Source: Phoronis australis
Taxonomy: Eukaryota; Animalia; Phoronida
Assembly: GCA_002633005.1 (NCBI GenBank)
Contig: NMRA01000768.1
Location: 45,247-109,246, forward strand
DNA length: 64,000 nt
Reading direction: 5' to 3'
The notes below the pieces were generated by a model. It worked only from the letters and a program-made list of their open reading frames with translations, did not search any database and was not told where the DNA came from. Below are positions 1 to 61,708 of the stretch, piece after piece (position 1 is the stretch's first letter; every line of letters begins with the position of its first letter). Both the position numbers and the translations under genes were made by a program.

Positions 1-1141
1 CTTGTCGCCCAATCCAATCCCTCGCGTAAAGCCAGAAGCTTCACATATTGCCGACAATCATTCAGGTCAAGGTGCACTAGACAGTGTACACAAATATGGC
101 CAACCATATTTTTCTCGACCACCGGCTCCAAAAGTCAATCAGAATGCCAGAGACATTCATGAAAACCACAGAGGAGCAGTTGGACTGCTGTTTCAGCTTC
201 AAGGACAAAGACTCAACTCTAAATGGTAGAACATTTTACCGGAAACAAAATTACAGTACTGTAATCGGTTTTGCAACCTTTTAGTGAAGATAACGGCTGC
301 ACACAGTCAAGAACTTTCAATTTCTTATTTATCCGTCCTTACAGTGTTTTTATCAATACTTCCAGGAATGTGCTTCTGATCGACTTGTATGCTTTGTTTA
401 CATAAGGACTACCCATGTTGTAGCCTAACTGGACAAATTTGATTTCGAGACGAGGCTTTGCAATCAAAATCCATGGTGTCTCACTGGTGTACCATAAAGA
501 ATCTTATCATTACATGCAAGTCTCAAGTGGGAAGAATTACTGCTGAAAGCATCATTGTGAATTATTAATTACTGTCAGTTTGTACCTACGCTCTAGTATC
601 CGTATACAGCCCCATTAACGATGTCTTCGTTCACTGGTCAAGTTCAGAAAATTGCCAGATTTCACATCCAGTCTTTTAAACGAATAAAATTTCTTCTTCG
701 AATGCGATTCAGTGGTGCTCATGGCAGATGAAAAAATGTGGGTAGACTAGGTGCTAAGCAATTCTCTAATTGATGAATTTTTCAGTCAGTGATTTTTCCT
801 GTTCAGCAATTACACGAGGATTTTTTAGTGTGGAGGACAAACACTCAAATTGTGAACCACCTAAACTCAAATTTGACCACCACACTCATAATTTCGGCCT
901 CCATACACAATTTTTGACCGGCTGTTTTATCGACTACGACTACCAGTGCATTAAGTGGTCTTGACCAGTAAACCACCATTACATTTTTCAGTCTCAGTGC
1001 CCACTGTATTATATATATTGCCTTTTTATGGAATTTTATTACACAACTATGACCTTTACAAAAATTACCAAATGGCAGTGTTCCATCATTCGCAATGCAC
1101 CCAATTGCAATCCTGGTGAGAACACTGCTTTCTGTTATAGT

Positions 1142-1224
1142 CACAGGAATCCTGAATTTTGAGAACCAGCTTTCTCTAATGAATTTAACAAGTTAAACTG
1201 GTTCTCGAAATGGAGGTCCCCATG
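1142..1224. mobile_element. Short hairpin MITE (about 80 bp), family copy 1
   Basis: Inverted arms ATTTTGAGAACCAG / CTGGTTCTCGAAAT; related copies at 33797 and about 43845. Confidence 0.6.
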
Positions 1225-1911
1225 ACTAAATTGTCTTGCTGTCTATTACAAGTTGAAAAAATAACCATTTATTTCATGGATGATGATTGAAACTAACTAA
1301 GTTCATGAAAGAGCTGTGCAATATATAAACTAAGAGCAGACATCTGACTGTTATGTTTTATTAGTAACTTGATCGCAATAAGGATACTTTGTAAAGACAG
1401 TACAACAAAATATGGTCATCGTAAAAAACAACCCAATTTTCAAAACTGGGTAAAAGGCCAGAACAAAACGAGTGCATTTTGACAGCCTTGGTACCTCTCA
1501 AGAATAACATTTTCCAGTTTGAAAATCAATGCAATACAGATCATTTGGACAATTGACTTCCAAGGTGGAACAGAATTAAACGTGATAATTTGGAATTTTC
1601 AAGACATAAATTTAATACAAAATCAACAGAGTGACAAAACTACAGTTAGAGAATTTTTACAAGTAACTTGTACATAGTAGACATTTTTCTCAGTTGGAAT
1701 TTCTCTTATGCACACAATTTTATAGCAACTGTACGACCTGCAAAAAGACTAACAGAGAGTACAGGATCGTATTCTGTTGAAAATGACTCGATGAATAATG
1801 ACTGACTAAAAGGCAGGACACCACAAAAGCTTCGCAAGCAAGGGCATCATACTAGCCCATAAGCATGCGGCCATGAACTGGTCCCATCTAAAAGCAAAAT
1901 GTAAATGTTAA

Positions 1912-3295
1912 AGGAGAATGCCACCAGATTTAATTAGTTTTTCTTATCGTCTTAGTCGGTCTATATCTATATCACCTCGTATACAGTCGATCTCATCTCG
2001 CCGAAAGGTGTCGTGTTAACCTATGAGGGAGGCGAGTACACGACACAGTGGTTCTTCAGCCGAGTGTGTGCCGCTATGGTGCAAACCATGAAGCTGTGAG
2101 GAAAGCGGGTATATCGTTTTCTTAGATTTCTTCGAGAACCCGAGATGCTTCAGAAGTGATTCCCGGCAGTAAAGAATGAGAAGTACGCCATAAATATCAA
2201 TTATGAGGCCGTGAAATATCTCCGTGTCTGCCAGCCAGCAATGCTCTGTTTCAAGATGAATTACTCTCACCCTAACCAATGTTTATATAAAACTGAAACA
2301 AAGTGTCAAAGTCTGTCTCAGTAGATACAATTTGTAATGCCTTAGGAGTGTTTGAGTGTAAATGTTTTCAGAAAACAACAATGAATAAATCATACTGCAT
2401 TACCAGCTTCAGATGCAATGAAACCAATTGACCGCCGTGTGAGCGCATACTAATTCAGTATTTGCCGACATAAAGATGTGACACTATAACTCGATTTCAT
2501 ATGCTATGGTCAGCTGTTAGGGGAATCTATATTTAAATATATATACACTATTCAAATCATTGTTATGGTACACTTTTCCCAGTACGGTTCTTGGAAGGGG
2601 AATCTGGCTTCGCGGCCCCTGACGAGTATGTAGATTTACAATTTCGCAGCTAATTCACAAAAATATTCAGGCGACTACATTATTCTTTTGGTTCACTAGT
2701 GTAGTCTTTTCGTGACTGGAAGTTTAGTTTTCTACTTTTGCAGCCAACAAACCCGATTGATTTACGTTGGTGGTGTCTCCAGTCCTCGGCCGTGAAGGGT
2801 CTGATCAGTTTCCGGGTTATAACGAGCATTCTGTGTTACTTTAGAACTGAACAAATTCGCAAGTCTAAAATTACAACACACAGCTATGCTCTCCTGTCTC
2901 TATATCACGGAAGAATAATTCTAATTTATCACCAAACAGAATCCAAACTTCCCACGACCGACCTTGGTAAAGGCCTAATAACTTCGTAGGCTACGGTACA
3001 TTCAAAATTTCTATAAATCCAGCGAAACAAAACAACTCATTTGTTCAAAAATCAGGCTTTTACATCGAATTTTGATGATTTATTTGTGTAAAATGATGAA
3101 TTCAAGTGATACGCTGACACCAGTAAGTAGTGAACTGCTGAGCAGACTGTGTTGGAACCTGTGATGTCATTGGTTATCTTCAGCACCTCAGTCTGCCATC
3201 TCATGTCGGGTAAAAGAACAGTACTTGCTGTTATTGAGTGGAACTACTCGACCTAAATTGATAAAAAATACATTGTTTATTGGTGGCATTCTCCT
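1912..3295. mobile_element. Non-autonomous Kolobok-like DNA transposon
   Basis: Perfect 15-bp TIR AGGAGAATGCCACCA / TGGTGGCATTCTCCT flanked by TTAA on both sides (1908-1911, 3296-3299); no transposase ORF. Confidence 0.8.
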
Positions 3296-5592
3296 TTAAA
3301 TCTAAAAAAAGTCCACATGTAATTGCCAAGATCTGGTTCATATTTGAAAACCGGCTGAACAATGTCTTGATTGACTAGACAACAGACTTCTGGTGATTCA
3401 TGTTGTAACAGGAATTGTGACTGATATTCAGCCTCATAGTCAAACCTAGAAAAGTAAATACAATCAGTAGACATGCGTAACACACAATTTTGCATTCAAG
3501 AAGATCTATGAACTGATGGGTCCACAATACTGAGAATGGTCATGCACCCTGAAGTGTAAAAAACCTTAACAGTAACGAAGTGGGGGGTGACGAATGACTT
3601 TAGAGTTTCAAAGTGGAATAAACAATTATTTCTCCTAAACAATGTTATCAAAACCTTAACTCACCAAGCACAATAATCAATTACAACACCAATCTACCCA
3701 GTTCCTGCACAAACAGTGAAATTTCACCTATTTCGGACAAAAAGATTACCCAAATTTGTTCTTACTTTATTTTTAAAAGTTAATACTGTTGTGAATATTG
3801 TATGGTAATCGCAGTGAATTGGAACATGAACACAGTGAAGGACTATTTGGGTGGTACATGACGGTTACAAAAACATTAAAAAAAAGAAATAACTAAGTTG
3901 GCTCTATGTTACCATCTAGGATTTATAAATACTTGACTTAGCACAGCAACACAAAATAATTGCTAAAGAACCCTCAGATAAACTGCACTATATACAATTA
4001 CGTTCTGTTAACACAAGGCACGAGTGTTCAAAATAATAAAACTAAGTTCGTGTAAAAGAGGCAAAGCAAACATCCTAACTGTACAGACTATAAATATCAC
4101 AACCGTTTGGTGGAATTCCTATTACTATGAAGTTAACTGACACGGGCCTGTTTAGAGGTTTTACAATGAAATGAAATCTCGATTACAAATAAAGTCCAGA
4201 GTCCAGATATGTTAATGTTTCCTCAATGAACATGACAGCACATGCGAATGTAAATGTATTCTGATATTTACATGCCAAAGCAACAAAACGTTGTAAGAAC
4301 CAATTGGAAATACAGAGATTTCTTCAAACTCCCTCTTCCTGTGTATTGCTATACACCTGTAAGCTGTACATTGACTTGACTATCCCCTGAAACAATAATT
4401 CCGGGCATAAAGAACTAGCTTAGAGAAGGGTAGAACGTATGGTCATTTGTATTCAGCAGGATACTTAGAGCTAGAAAGACACATGGTGTCAATAACTGTA
4501 CAGTAACCACCACCAAAAAAGTGAAGTGTTCTCACGGGAAGAACATCACAGCAAATAACATTGTCCCGTTAAGACAGTCTCCAAAATTTGAGGCATTATA
4601 ATTTAAGCCGAAATTGAATAAACTAATGATTCTGAAAACTGGGTCATGAGGGATTTTGGCGTTCATCGTATTTCTCAAATATTGAATACTAAGCTTTATA
4701 TCTACAAAATTATGAGAACAGGCTTTGCAGTACATATAATCATCAAAAACAGCATGTGTCACAATGTTTTTACACGTCTTCACAGCGTGTAACATTGACG
4801 TGAGTGATTTTTGTTGTTAATTTTAATTCTTGAATTCGGGACGGACTATGTTGCTTATTTCTAAACTTTGGTACAAGCTCCGACCTTGAGCAAAATAAGT
4901 AATTTTTCACTGTCCTAAACTTGAGAATTTTCACTGTATGCACTTTTAACTAAATTATGCCAGGCTGGCCGGACAAATGAGCAGTAGAAGCACAAACGGT
5001 CCATTTTCTTCATCATTAGATAATTTTCTCACCACCCGCAATGCTTTTAAGCTTATAAGAAAGTATGTAAGAACACATGCAGTCTCCGCACAAACCTCAG
5101 CAGAAGTGGCGCAAATGTATTTACCTCAATGTGGCCTATCGATGCTATTATGCTGAGCATTGCTCTTTTGTTTATGTGTCATTTGGGTTTAACCCAATAG
5201 GGTGCACTTAAGAAGCAATTGGGGGTGATAGTAATTGCTTTTGTGGTTTTTGCACACTCATTAGTTGCTTTCGAAATCAAGACCCAGTGCATGTTTCTTA
5301 CTGGTTAGTATCTTGCCTCATGTGCTTTTCTGATGCGCGACAACAGTTCGCAAAGTTTTTGAAGACAGAAGCCGTTTGTTTGTCTGTATGAAATGTGTGG
5401 ATGAATATACATTGAAACCTAAACGTGTACCAGGTGGTTCTTTCCCGCGTGACAAGAGACCAAAACATGGCTTGAATGGAACATATCCACGAGGTTGTTA
5501 CTTGTATTTTACCGCTTGTTTTTTCTCTTTTGGGAGATCATACTGAGAACTGTGTTGGTGTGACAGGGGCCAAAAATTTGTATTTGACTGTA

Positions 5593-5880
5593 CAGTACAG
5601 AACAAAAGTAATTAGACAAAACACTGCTTCGCGACATAACGGCTAATTTACTAACAGCAAAAATTAATTACTGGTAATAATTACTCTATTGCCAAAATTA
5701 CAGAATGACTTTCCTGTTACTTCCCCTTCATACTTGGTCATCAGGGGAGACTACTTGGTCATCAGGGGAGACTACTTGGTCATGAGTGAAAGCTACTTTG
5801 ACCACGAATTCAGCTTCCACCCAGACGTCCTGATGGGGAAATTCTTGGTCATTTTGTCTGAATACTTTTGACGTATACTG
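5593..5880. mobile_element. Tc1/mariner-type MITE (family A) in the presumed 3' UTR
   Basis: TA|CAGTACAGAACAAAAGTAATTAGACAAAA...TTTTGTCTGAATACTTTTGACGTATACTG|TA; internal 21-bp direct repeat TACTTGGTCATCAGGGGAGAC. Confidence 0.75.
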
Positions 5881-6033
5881 TACGTCCTTTGAATTAAAGT
5901 CTGACAACAGAAAGCACCAGGTTATCGGGGGCAGCTCAAATTTCTAAATACATGCTTTTTCTATGAGCAAAAGTGTCAACGAGAATGCTACGGTTGCAGC
6001 CAGCATGTCAATGGGGCATAAACAAACAATATA

Positions 6034-52679
<46,646 letters not shown>

Positions 52680-55600
52680 CTGAAAAGGAATTTAAATTCA
52701 TATAAAAAGTCCCACTTCAACTTAAATATCTTAAAAGAAGAATTTCAAATTTGCTGGTTTTTTTTTACTAAAAATACGAAGTCCTTGAATACCTTCAGAT
52801 CATGTATTACAGTTTCATTCGTCTTCATTAAATAATTTCATAGTTACAGCACACATGGCAAATCAGGGGGCTGGGTGGAAATCCATCGCACCAGGATCGC
52901 AGTCTGAGGTGTGACCAATTTAACTTTAACTTGGGGTCCACACAGCATGTGCGACACCTGTTGTGCACAGGAGCAACGACGACTTGTGTGCCTACACTGT
53001 TAAATTGCACTATAAAATGTGTTCCCACAGAGGACCATATACGATGTAAAATAAGGGCATCATAACCTACACAACCAGTATAAATATTTTGCATAGAATC
53101 ATCCAAAACACAATCTGTTTGATCCATTTACCAAGGGATGATATATCACAGCTGTAAAGCCATCAGTTGTAACCTAGCAACATTAAAGAATGTAAACAGA
53201 TCCTCTTGACCTGGACAGACAACAGGACCAAACTAGTCCCAGTAACATTATTAAATGATCTTTAACTATCATTGACAAATAGTTTAAGACACCAATCAAG
53301 AAGGCATTAGAATCAAATGAACACTGGCCATGACTGTACATGGCTCACACATCAGCACGAGAGAATTTTTAGCCACAGTTTCTACTCCATTATTCCACCA
53401 CCATGAGTCATTATCATGGTTTTGCCAAGAGGGTACTAAATCCATGATGGTCTTGTTTGTTGGCAATCACAGACAAATTAATCCCACAATATGAAACTAC
53501 GCGCTTGACTTTTTTGATTGTGATTCATGATGTTTGCAATTTCGACAAACTTTCCTGTGCCATGTTAAACATAACCACCTAACACAAAATTTGATTAACA
53601 AACACACGTGAGTTTAATTATTCCCTCACATTTTAGTTCCTTTATCTTTTATACAGTTATTAGTAAAAGAGGAAATGCCTTCGCATCAAGTTATCTGATG
53701 AGGAAAGGATATTCTTACGGTAATCATGATAAACTTGCATTACGGTAAGCAGAATCTGGACTTCCCTGTTTTGAACACGACCCAAACATTATAATCATCA
53801 TACACACACCCTTGTACACACAGCCGATGATCAATATTGATGCGGATGGCATCAGCAATCATAACAATGATAATAGTTACTCCAGCTTTTGCATAGCTCT
53901 GAAATCTGTGTCAGTTCAAACTAAGTGATTTATGCCAAGAGCCTCATTTACATGGTCATGGTTGCACTTTACACAGTGGTCACACTTGACATGGAAGCAG
54001 CTGACACGGAATCAATTGATCAGGAGTAAGTATGTTTGTAAACACAAGTGACACAAAGCATGTTGACACCCAATGGTCATTGTTGACACCAGTTTGACAG
54101 CTAGAGCAAGTTACATTTGAATATGTATGATTCCGAGAAATACGCAAAATTAAATTCAAGTTTTGATACAAGCGAACAATCATTGACAGTTACCTACAGT
54201 GGTCTTTGTAAATGAACACTGTAGCGTTTTTTTATTCGCATTCCAGGAAACGTATTAAAATCAAGTTTTATTACAACCGACATGAACATAAAGCACACTA
54301 TTGTGGTCTAAATTAAACACTGTAATTTCATAAGTGTCATGATACCTTAGACTGGTGTCCACACACATACACACACTTGCCATAGAACAAGTTACTTCTA
54401 GAACAAGTTGTTACTAGGTTTGGAGGCTGTGTTAACGCAAACCTGGGTCAAGGCGGATATCACTCTTTCTGCATGAAGTTAAAGAAACATAATAATAGTT
54501 ATACAACTCCTAAAGCTTTTGTAACTCCGATGTAAATTGAAAAATATAGTCTACAATTTGTAAGGAATTCGATCTGAATACATGACTCCTTCATGGTCAA
54601 TCTGTGTGCACTTACAGGCACCTTCTAAGGTACTGAGTGTGGGATCATGAAAGATATGCTTCTACCCGGTAGTACAAACTTGAATTAGGTTGGAACAGTA
54701 ACAGTCAGAACTTCAGCCACCCATGAAAGCGCTGACTAGGCATATTCCCACAACAACTGATACCAGGCTGTGTGCATGGTACCCATATGTCTGTACAGCC
54801 TGAATAAATGCTTCATATTCTAAGAAGACCACAGCAGACTAATTAAACCAACATATAGCCAATAACCAGATCTGATTAGTCAGAGGTTGGCCACCACTAA
54901 GTCAAGAGAGCTTGGGTGGAAAGCACAGGCTAACCACAGAAAAAGATACCATGAAATCTAATCAATTTCGGACACAATATGGCCGCTGACAAGTCCGATT
55001 TTATTTCTAGTTTTTCGTGGAAGATTTGCATTCTGCAACACTGAATTAATACCTTAACAAGTTCAAATTTCCCACAATACTTAATGCAAATCTTCAGGCA
55101 ATATTTCGAAAATTCATGGGCATTCACAACCAAGTAAAAGCAATTGAAAACAAATGAGAAAGAACATGTTTGGCAATTATTTTTGTACAATATTGGTGAG
55201 ACTTTTTTGTTGTGCACTCCAGTTGTAGCCTATAGATACAATACTATTACACAGACAAACTGTGAAGAAGTCCACCAAACATTCAGATCCATGGTCCACA
55301 CAGGGGATTTTAACAGGGCTGCTGCAGGATTTTGCAACTGGATTGAATTCTCTCAAACTATTTTCTGTCCTCCTTATATTTCTTTTAAAATCTTAATATT
55401 CTACTGCGTATTAAACAAATTCAGGGTAGAATCCAGTAACGCTGGGACCTTGCCAGGACCTCACTAAAAAGCGAGTCTTCGTGAGATTATGTAAGATATT
55501 GCCGTGACGAGAGGACGCTATTTTGGCTAGATTTTTCTGGCTGTGAGACAGCTACAGAATTCTACCCAGATCTTGCTTACTCTTTACTACATTCAGATTT

Positions 55601-56639
55601 CTGTATGCAGTCAGGGTTTATGTAACACAAGACACTTAAACTAGGAAATTAAAAATTAGGGGATGGGCAATCAGCCAAGTATGGGCACTTGAAACGAAAT
55701 GTTTCAAAAGTCACAGCCCACCTGTGTGACAACACAGAACATTATTCCATGCAGTATTTGATCAGCATTACCAGGTCTGTAAGAGGTTAAAGTTATTGAA
55801 CACGAAAAACAAGTTTGATTTCATCCAACTTTCTGGGGTTGCAACCAATTTTTGCCTCTCCTGGTTAAAAAATTTTGAAATGCCGTAGTCAACACCAGTT
55901 TTGTTTCCAGTCGGCGCCAAATTGCAAAATTCCGCTTTCCTCAGTTAGCAACAAGATAATGCCCCAGAGGCTACAATCTGTTGAGGGGAGGCAGCCCTAC
56001 CATTCCATTTCCTAGGGCCCGACTGAAGGTGATTCACAACATTTATACAAGGCCTCTTATCAAAGGCAAACATATTATGACTATATGACTATGAATGTAT
56101 AGCTATCATGAGCCATGAGAGAATTGAGCATAACACAGATGATATTGATTTACACCAACTACACAGGTTGCTGAATGTAATTAATTAAGGTGAATTCATC
56201 AAGCTGGTAAAAAAGACAATAGCAGGGTTATAAAAATCTGACCATCAGTCAGTTGAGCACAGTATGAATCAAGAACTGGGGCCCACGGCTTTCAGTTCAG
56301 CACTAAGAAAATTCTACTATTCACAGATCCTGTGGCGAGAGCCTCAGATTTTTTATAGACAATATTTGATGAATTTTGTTGGTTTGAACAAATGAATTAG
56401 CGCAAATGCACAGCCCACTGTACTATCCGTCTCCAGTTTGGTGTAGGCGGTAAGAGAGTGGCGTAACCACTTTCTGTCCTTGCTGATGAGATAAAACCTT
56501 AACTGTTTCTCATAAAAATTCTTCCAAACAGAACTTCAGAAGTGAAGGTGTTCTACTTAGTGCAGTCAACCTTTCAGACAAGTTGGATTTCACTACTGTT
56601 ACTCGGATGAAATCTATCGCCCTCGTTAAATCTGACATA

Positions 56640-57066
56640 AGATGCGTTTACACGAGAGACAGCAGACAAAGAGCAACTAACATGGAACAGCTGATCCGGT
56701 GCGAATGCCTGTGTGAACACGGCTAACACGGAGCAAGTTGACACCGCTACGGAAATTTTTGACAGCGGTTTGATGGGTAGAGGGAGATGCACACGATCAA
56801 TTGCTCTAGTTCCAACTACACAGCTGGGACAGGGTGGAAAGTGATCATTTTTCAATGCTCTTGCACAATATATCATTGATATGCTGGCATCCCACGTGGT
56901 TTGGACGTTCATCATTGTATATGCGACCATGCGCAGACAGTTTTTGTGTAAGTGACTGTTGCAGATCCAGATTGCTATCTAATGTCCTACAAATTTGACT
57001 ACAGCTGAGCAAGTCACACAGTAACAACTGACATGATGACAAATGTCTCTTGTGTAAAAGCGGCTT
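56640..57066. mobile_element. PIF/Harbinger-like MITE
   Basis: GCGTTTACACGAGAGACA / TGTCTCTTGTGTAAAAGC inverted termini, TAA at the left flank. Confidence 0.5.
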
Positions 57067-60000
57067 CACACAGGTTTTACTTGTGCTTTAATTTTCAGGA
57101 TTGATAGTCCTCAACTTCTCACTATACTCCAGAAGCTAAACAGCTTTAGGCAGTGAGACATCACCAAAGGGCTTTCTAGTTACACCCTGCTAGCTCAAAG
57201 ACTTCTGAAAATCCAGACAGAGTTTGCAATGCATGTGGAGATCCCTAAATTAATCAAGTAGAAACATAATTAGCAGGAAGTTTAAGTTTTTTCAGATGCC
57301 ACAAGAAGTTGTGGTGGTTTTAGTTCTGGGCTCCAACTGCAGGTTGCTAATGCGATCTCAGATTTCGTTTGGTGACCTGGTAAAAATCCCGGATTGCCAC
57401 AAAGTCGCCACACCACATCCAAGCACGCACTCAAAGTATTAAAGGAAGTAAACAGACAGAAGTGATAAAACCGTTAAAAAAATCAAAAGATCCTAATCGT
57501 GGTCGTCTGCCTCTGGAGGCGAGCCTGTATGTAAAGCATTGAGCCAGGACAGGTGGAAACAGGGAAAATTGGTAGTTATTGAAATTACGGGACTTTTAAT
57601 TTTCCATTTAAGCAAAACAAGCCATCTGAATGAACTCAGGTTTTGCCAGAGGACACATAGTTTTATTTCAGTGGCTTCCCATTACAGGTTTTTCATTTCA
57701 GCTAGTGCCAGTCAGGCATGGCAAATTGGAAATTTTGCCACTTCGTATTTGGCAAGTTGACATTATATTGTTCAAAGATTTTAAAAATTGAAAACTCGAC
57801 TGTGAAAACATTGCAAAGGTTAATTTCTTGAAATTCTACATTCGAAGCTTTTGTGAATAAAGTTTGAATTTTTTAACACCGTTTATGACAAGATAAGATC
57901 CCCTTTATTCCCTCATCAACTCTTACAATAAATCATCCTCAGGAACACCAGACTCACTTTCCTGAGCCTCTACCAGCCACTCACAAGCAATGTGTCGAGG
58001 GACCATTTTAGGGTTGACAAACCCCACTAAACTCTCAAGCATTTTCGCCAGTCATTGTTGGTTTCGACAGCCTCAGTTGTAACCAAGTAATCTCATTGTG
58101 GTTAAGGATATTATGACACTAATTTTATGAGAGTAGAAGACCTAATTCAATTTTGGTTTCTTAGCCAGCTAAACAGAGCAAAATACCGCTTCAACTGAGT
58201 CACTTGAAATTTGGAGCAACAAAATTTTAATCTAAAAATATTGATCTGTTACCTAAAATCTAACAAGAAGTATAAATCTTAGAGCAAAGGGATTACATTT
58301 TCCATAGCAATGTGTTGGTCATTCAACCAAGCAGAACACTGCTTGAATCATCATCTCCCCAGTTTATGGGTAAATGACAGGCTTTATGACAGCCAGCTGT
58401 CTGGAACACCTCACAAGTGTGACCACACACTACATACATGAAAGAGGTAAAATGGAATTTTCAAGGCATACTAAAATCAGCATTTCACCCCGCTTAGCTG
58501 GCTACAAACAAAAACTGAATTCATCTTGCACTTACCAAACCTGCCTCACCCAACACCGCCAACATTGACAGAGAGCCAATTTCATTTATATACAGGCATT
58601 TTTAAACTTCAATCTACTATACACAAGTTACTGTAACATATATCAACACGCAACAACAGCTATCTGACATTATGTTGGGAAACATCTCACTGGATCACAT
58701 TCATACAAGAATTCAGAAAGCTGTCTACTAACTACCCTATCGCCATCCGATTACTTTGAAACTATAACCAGCCTTTGAAAATTGACAAACCTATCTCTAA
58801 AATCAGGACGGGCATCAAGCCAAGCGTGGACATTCTTAAGCATAAGTTTTCGAAGTTTGGGTGGATGTTGGATATATGTGAACTGTCAATTTTTGGTAAA
58901 TGACAAGGAATTTGCAAACCACTTTCGAAATTAGGGGGCAGGCAATTCTGTCCATATGTTGAAATAAAGGGACACAACAGATTTTGTGGCTGAGAAGCAT
59001 ATTTTTGAGATTATTGCTGGGTAGGATCAACTTCCTGAAGTTATTAGCTTTGAACAAACAAATCAGTAAAATCCGTTTTCTATTGATTTCATTAGAAATT
59101 GTACATTCTTAACATTGGCTTCCAGTCATTCGGTAGAAATAAGTAAAAATGAGGTTGGAGACCTTATCAATTTTATATGACAAAAATGCTGCCTTTTGGT
59201 TCTACTAGCACTGTCATACTAAGACACCGGTCAAAAGTCATTCTGTGACTAATCTCAAATACTGAAACTTTGTAGCCAATCAAACCACTTTAACTCAGTC
59301 AAGTCGGGGAATAACAGGTGCGACCCTATACACCTGAACTATTAAAACACTGTATAATAATCTAATGCTCTGAGAACAGTTATTGATGAACTCATTTCAA
59401 GTCTTGAATCATTGGGGAGGTCATTCTTCAGACCAACGGAAGTCCCACACTGATGATATGTGATACTGGAAATAAAGAAATGGCAAGCAGACATGTACTT
59501 TATAGTAAAAAGCACTGAAGACAACCCGAAGAACCAGTTTAGGTGGGCAAATACTTTAAAGGTACATATAATTAATGACAACATGCAGGCCTCAGGGTGA
59601 AGGTCAGAACCTTAATTGAATGTGAATGTGGGCATACCATTATACAGGAAAATATGTCAGCTATGATAGTTTGGGTTTAGAATGTCACAATTTATTAACA
59701 GAATGATTACAAATTTTTAACATAACCAGATTGGTGTTTTGTCAACATAGGCTTGCATACAAAAATGATAAACTAGGCAATCCAGCTTCACAGTTGCCTT
59801 TTTTGACATAAAAATTCAAGTTTTGCAATTGACAAATTGGATATGTACATAATTTTTACTGATCTGTATTCAGTAACCACCTATGAGATTGTCATGGTGG
59901 ACGAGTGAAATTTAATATTTTTTTCATCTTTTGAGAAGATAAGTACATAACACAAAATAAATCCTTTGTGGTTTACAAGTTTTATTCCACACCTAGCATC

Positions 60001-61316
60001 GGACAATGTTTTGAGAAATTTTGAGCATTCACAATGTTAAAGCTATATTGGGTCCTGTTTTGGTATCATGGGGCATAACCAGTGTCACACACAGGTGACT
60101 TTTCTTGTTCTCTACAGTTATAATGTGGTTAGGAAGGAGATCAAAGGTGTCATTTTGTCTCCTCTACTTTTAGATTGTGCAACAGATGGCAATTTTAGGC
60201 TGGCCAACACTGAGCCATTTCACAATGCCCTAGAAGCTAAACAAACAGAGCACTGGCCTGTCCCCAGCAACAATTGCATAATAGAGGAAAGCACTGACCA
60301 CCATTTGGTATCTTCATCTAAGGAATGTTCATGAGAGGACCAGAAGTGTCATTATGTTCTGTGGGGGAGTAGACGTTCCTTGGCGATTTTGAAAAACTGA
60401 AATGCATTTATCATCTCAAAACCAGGACAGCGTTCTGTCCTGTTTAAAGCATGGTAGATAGAATGAAATAATTCCTCCCATATAACAAACATCTCATTGT
60501 TGTCATGTTGGTAGAATGTGTTCTTTAACTCTGAGGATCGATACTAGACAGCAAAGAATGGTTGGAGATGGTGCCTTAGCTATGTCAGCTTACAGACACC
60601 TATGGTATCAAAAGTTGCTCACACAATGAATTCATGATAAACATACACACTGTATTATCTGGGGGCACAGTGTTACATGGCTCTAGTCCGAGCATAGCTC
60701 AGTCACTGGGCGAAAGGTCCTCTTCATGTCATAGGGTGGACCACATGATTTAATCTGTGGCTTCACTGGGTGGAAAATCTTTCTTTCTAACAGTCTGCCA
60801 GTCATTCTCATTACTAATACATGAAAGTGGGAAAAGTGGGGAGAAACTTTTTAGAAGTGACTTACAGAACAATGGTTATCTTGAAAAGACATTTCCCAAT
60901 TAATTAAATTTCCCTTGGCGTGTGTTTACTATAGATGTGTAGCAGTATCAACTGGGGAAGGAACAGTCCCCGCCAAAGGTCCGCACCTTGGCTCTGCATT
61001 CACTTTAAAGTTGGGCGAATGCAATGATCTACTTGCTATTGAACCCAGTCTGTTTCGGTCATACATGTTTTCGCAATGAAAGTGAACACAGAACCAAGGC
61101 ACAGGCATTTTACTAGTACGTTGACATCAATTCTACCATTCCATAGACAGTAAATAAATGCCATGAGAAAAATAACATGTGCAGAAGAAAGTCTCTCAAA
61201 GACAATCAGGAATGTATATTTTTACTACAGGTAATATCAAAAATATTTGTTTTCCGTTTAAGTACTGCATCTACTCTTGAGTTCCGAATAGCCATATATA
61301 TACCACTATTAATTTA

Positions 61317-61475
61317 CCGTAATCGTTCGGGTTAACGCCCATGCTCAGTTAACCGCCCATCCCCGACTTTAAGTGGATTTTCGATTTAACCGCCCACTGC
61401 TCGGTTAACCGCCCTCCCCCGATTTTTTGGATTCGCCAATTTAACCGCCCAGGGCGTTAACCCGAACGATTACGG
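61317..61475. mobile_element. Young Tc1/pogo-type MITE (159 bp)
   Basis: Perfect 24-bp TIR CCGTAATCGTTCGGGTTAACGCCC, TA TSD, internal TTAACCGCCC repeats. Confidence 0.88.
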
Positions 61476-61637
61476 TAAGACTCTTTTTCCAATCTTTACG
61501 AAGCTTATTTGGGTCTCTACGTTTATTAATTATTGATGGTTTTTCCACTCAACCACAATTATTTGGTCAAGATGAAATTCGGAACTGGCAGTTTCTCACT
61601 CATTTCTTGAATGCAATTTTGTTACTCAAAATTTTTT

Positions 61638-61708
61638 GAACACCGAGTTTTGAACCCTGGTTGCTCGAGTGAGAACTCACAGTCCTAACCACTAGACGAC
61701 GAGACACT
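61638..61708 (-). pseudogene. tRNA-Glu(CTC)-derived pseudogene or SINE head
   Basis: GTCTAGTGGTTAGGA (A box/D arm), TTCTCAC anticodon loop, GGGTTCAAAACTC (B box); acceptor stem does not pair. Confidence 0.6.

Noticed and set aside
1-1140. Short ORFs at the window start as a possible neighbouring gene
   Set aside because: No recognisable domain or consistent splice pattern
61638-61708. Functional tRNA-Glu gene
   Set aside because: The acceptor and anticodon stems are disrupted; annotated only as a pseudogene or SINE head
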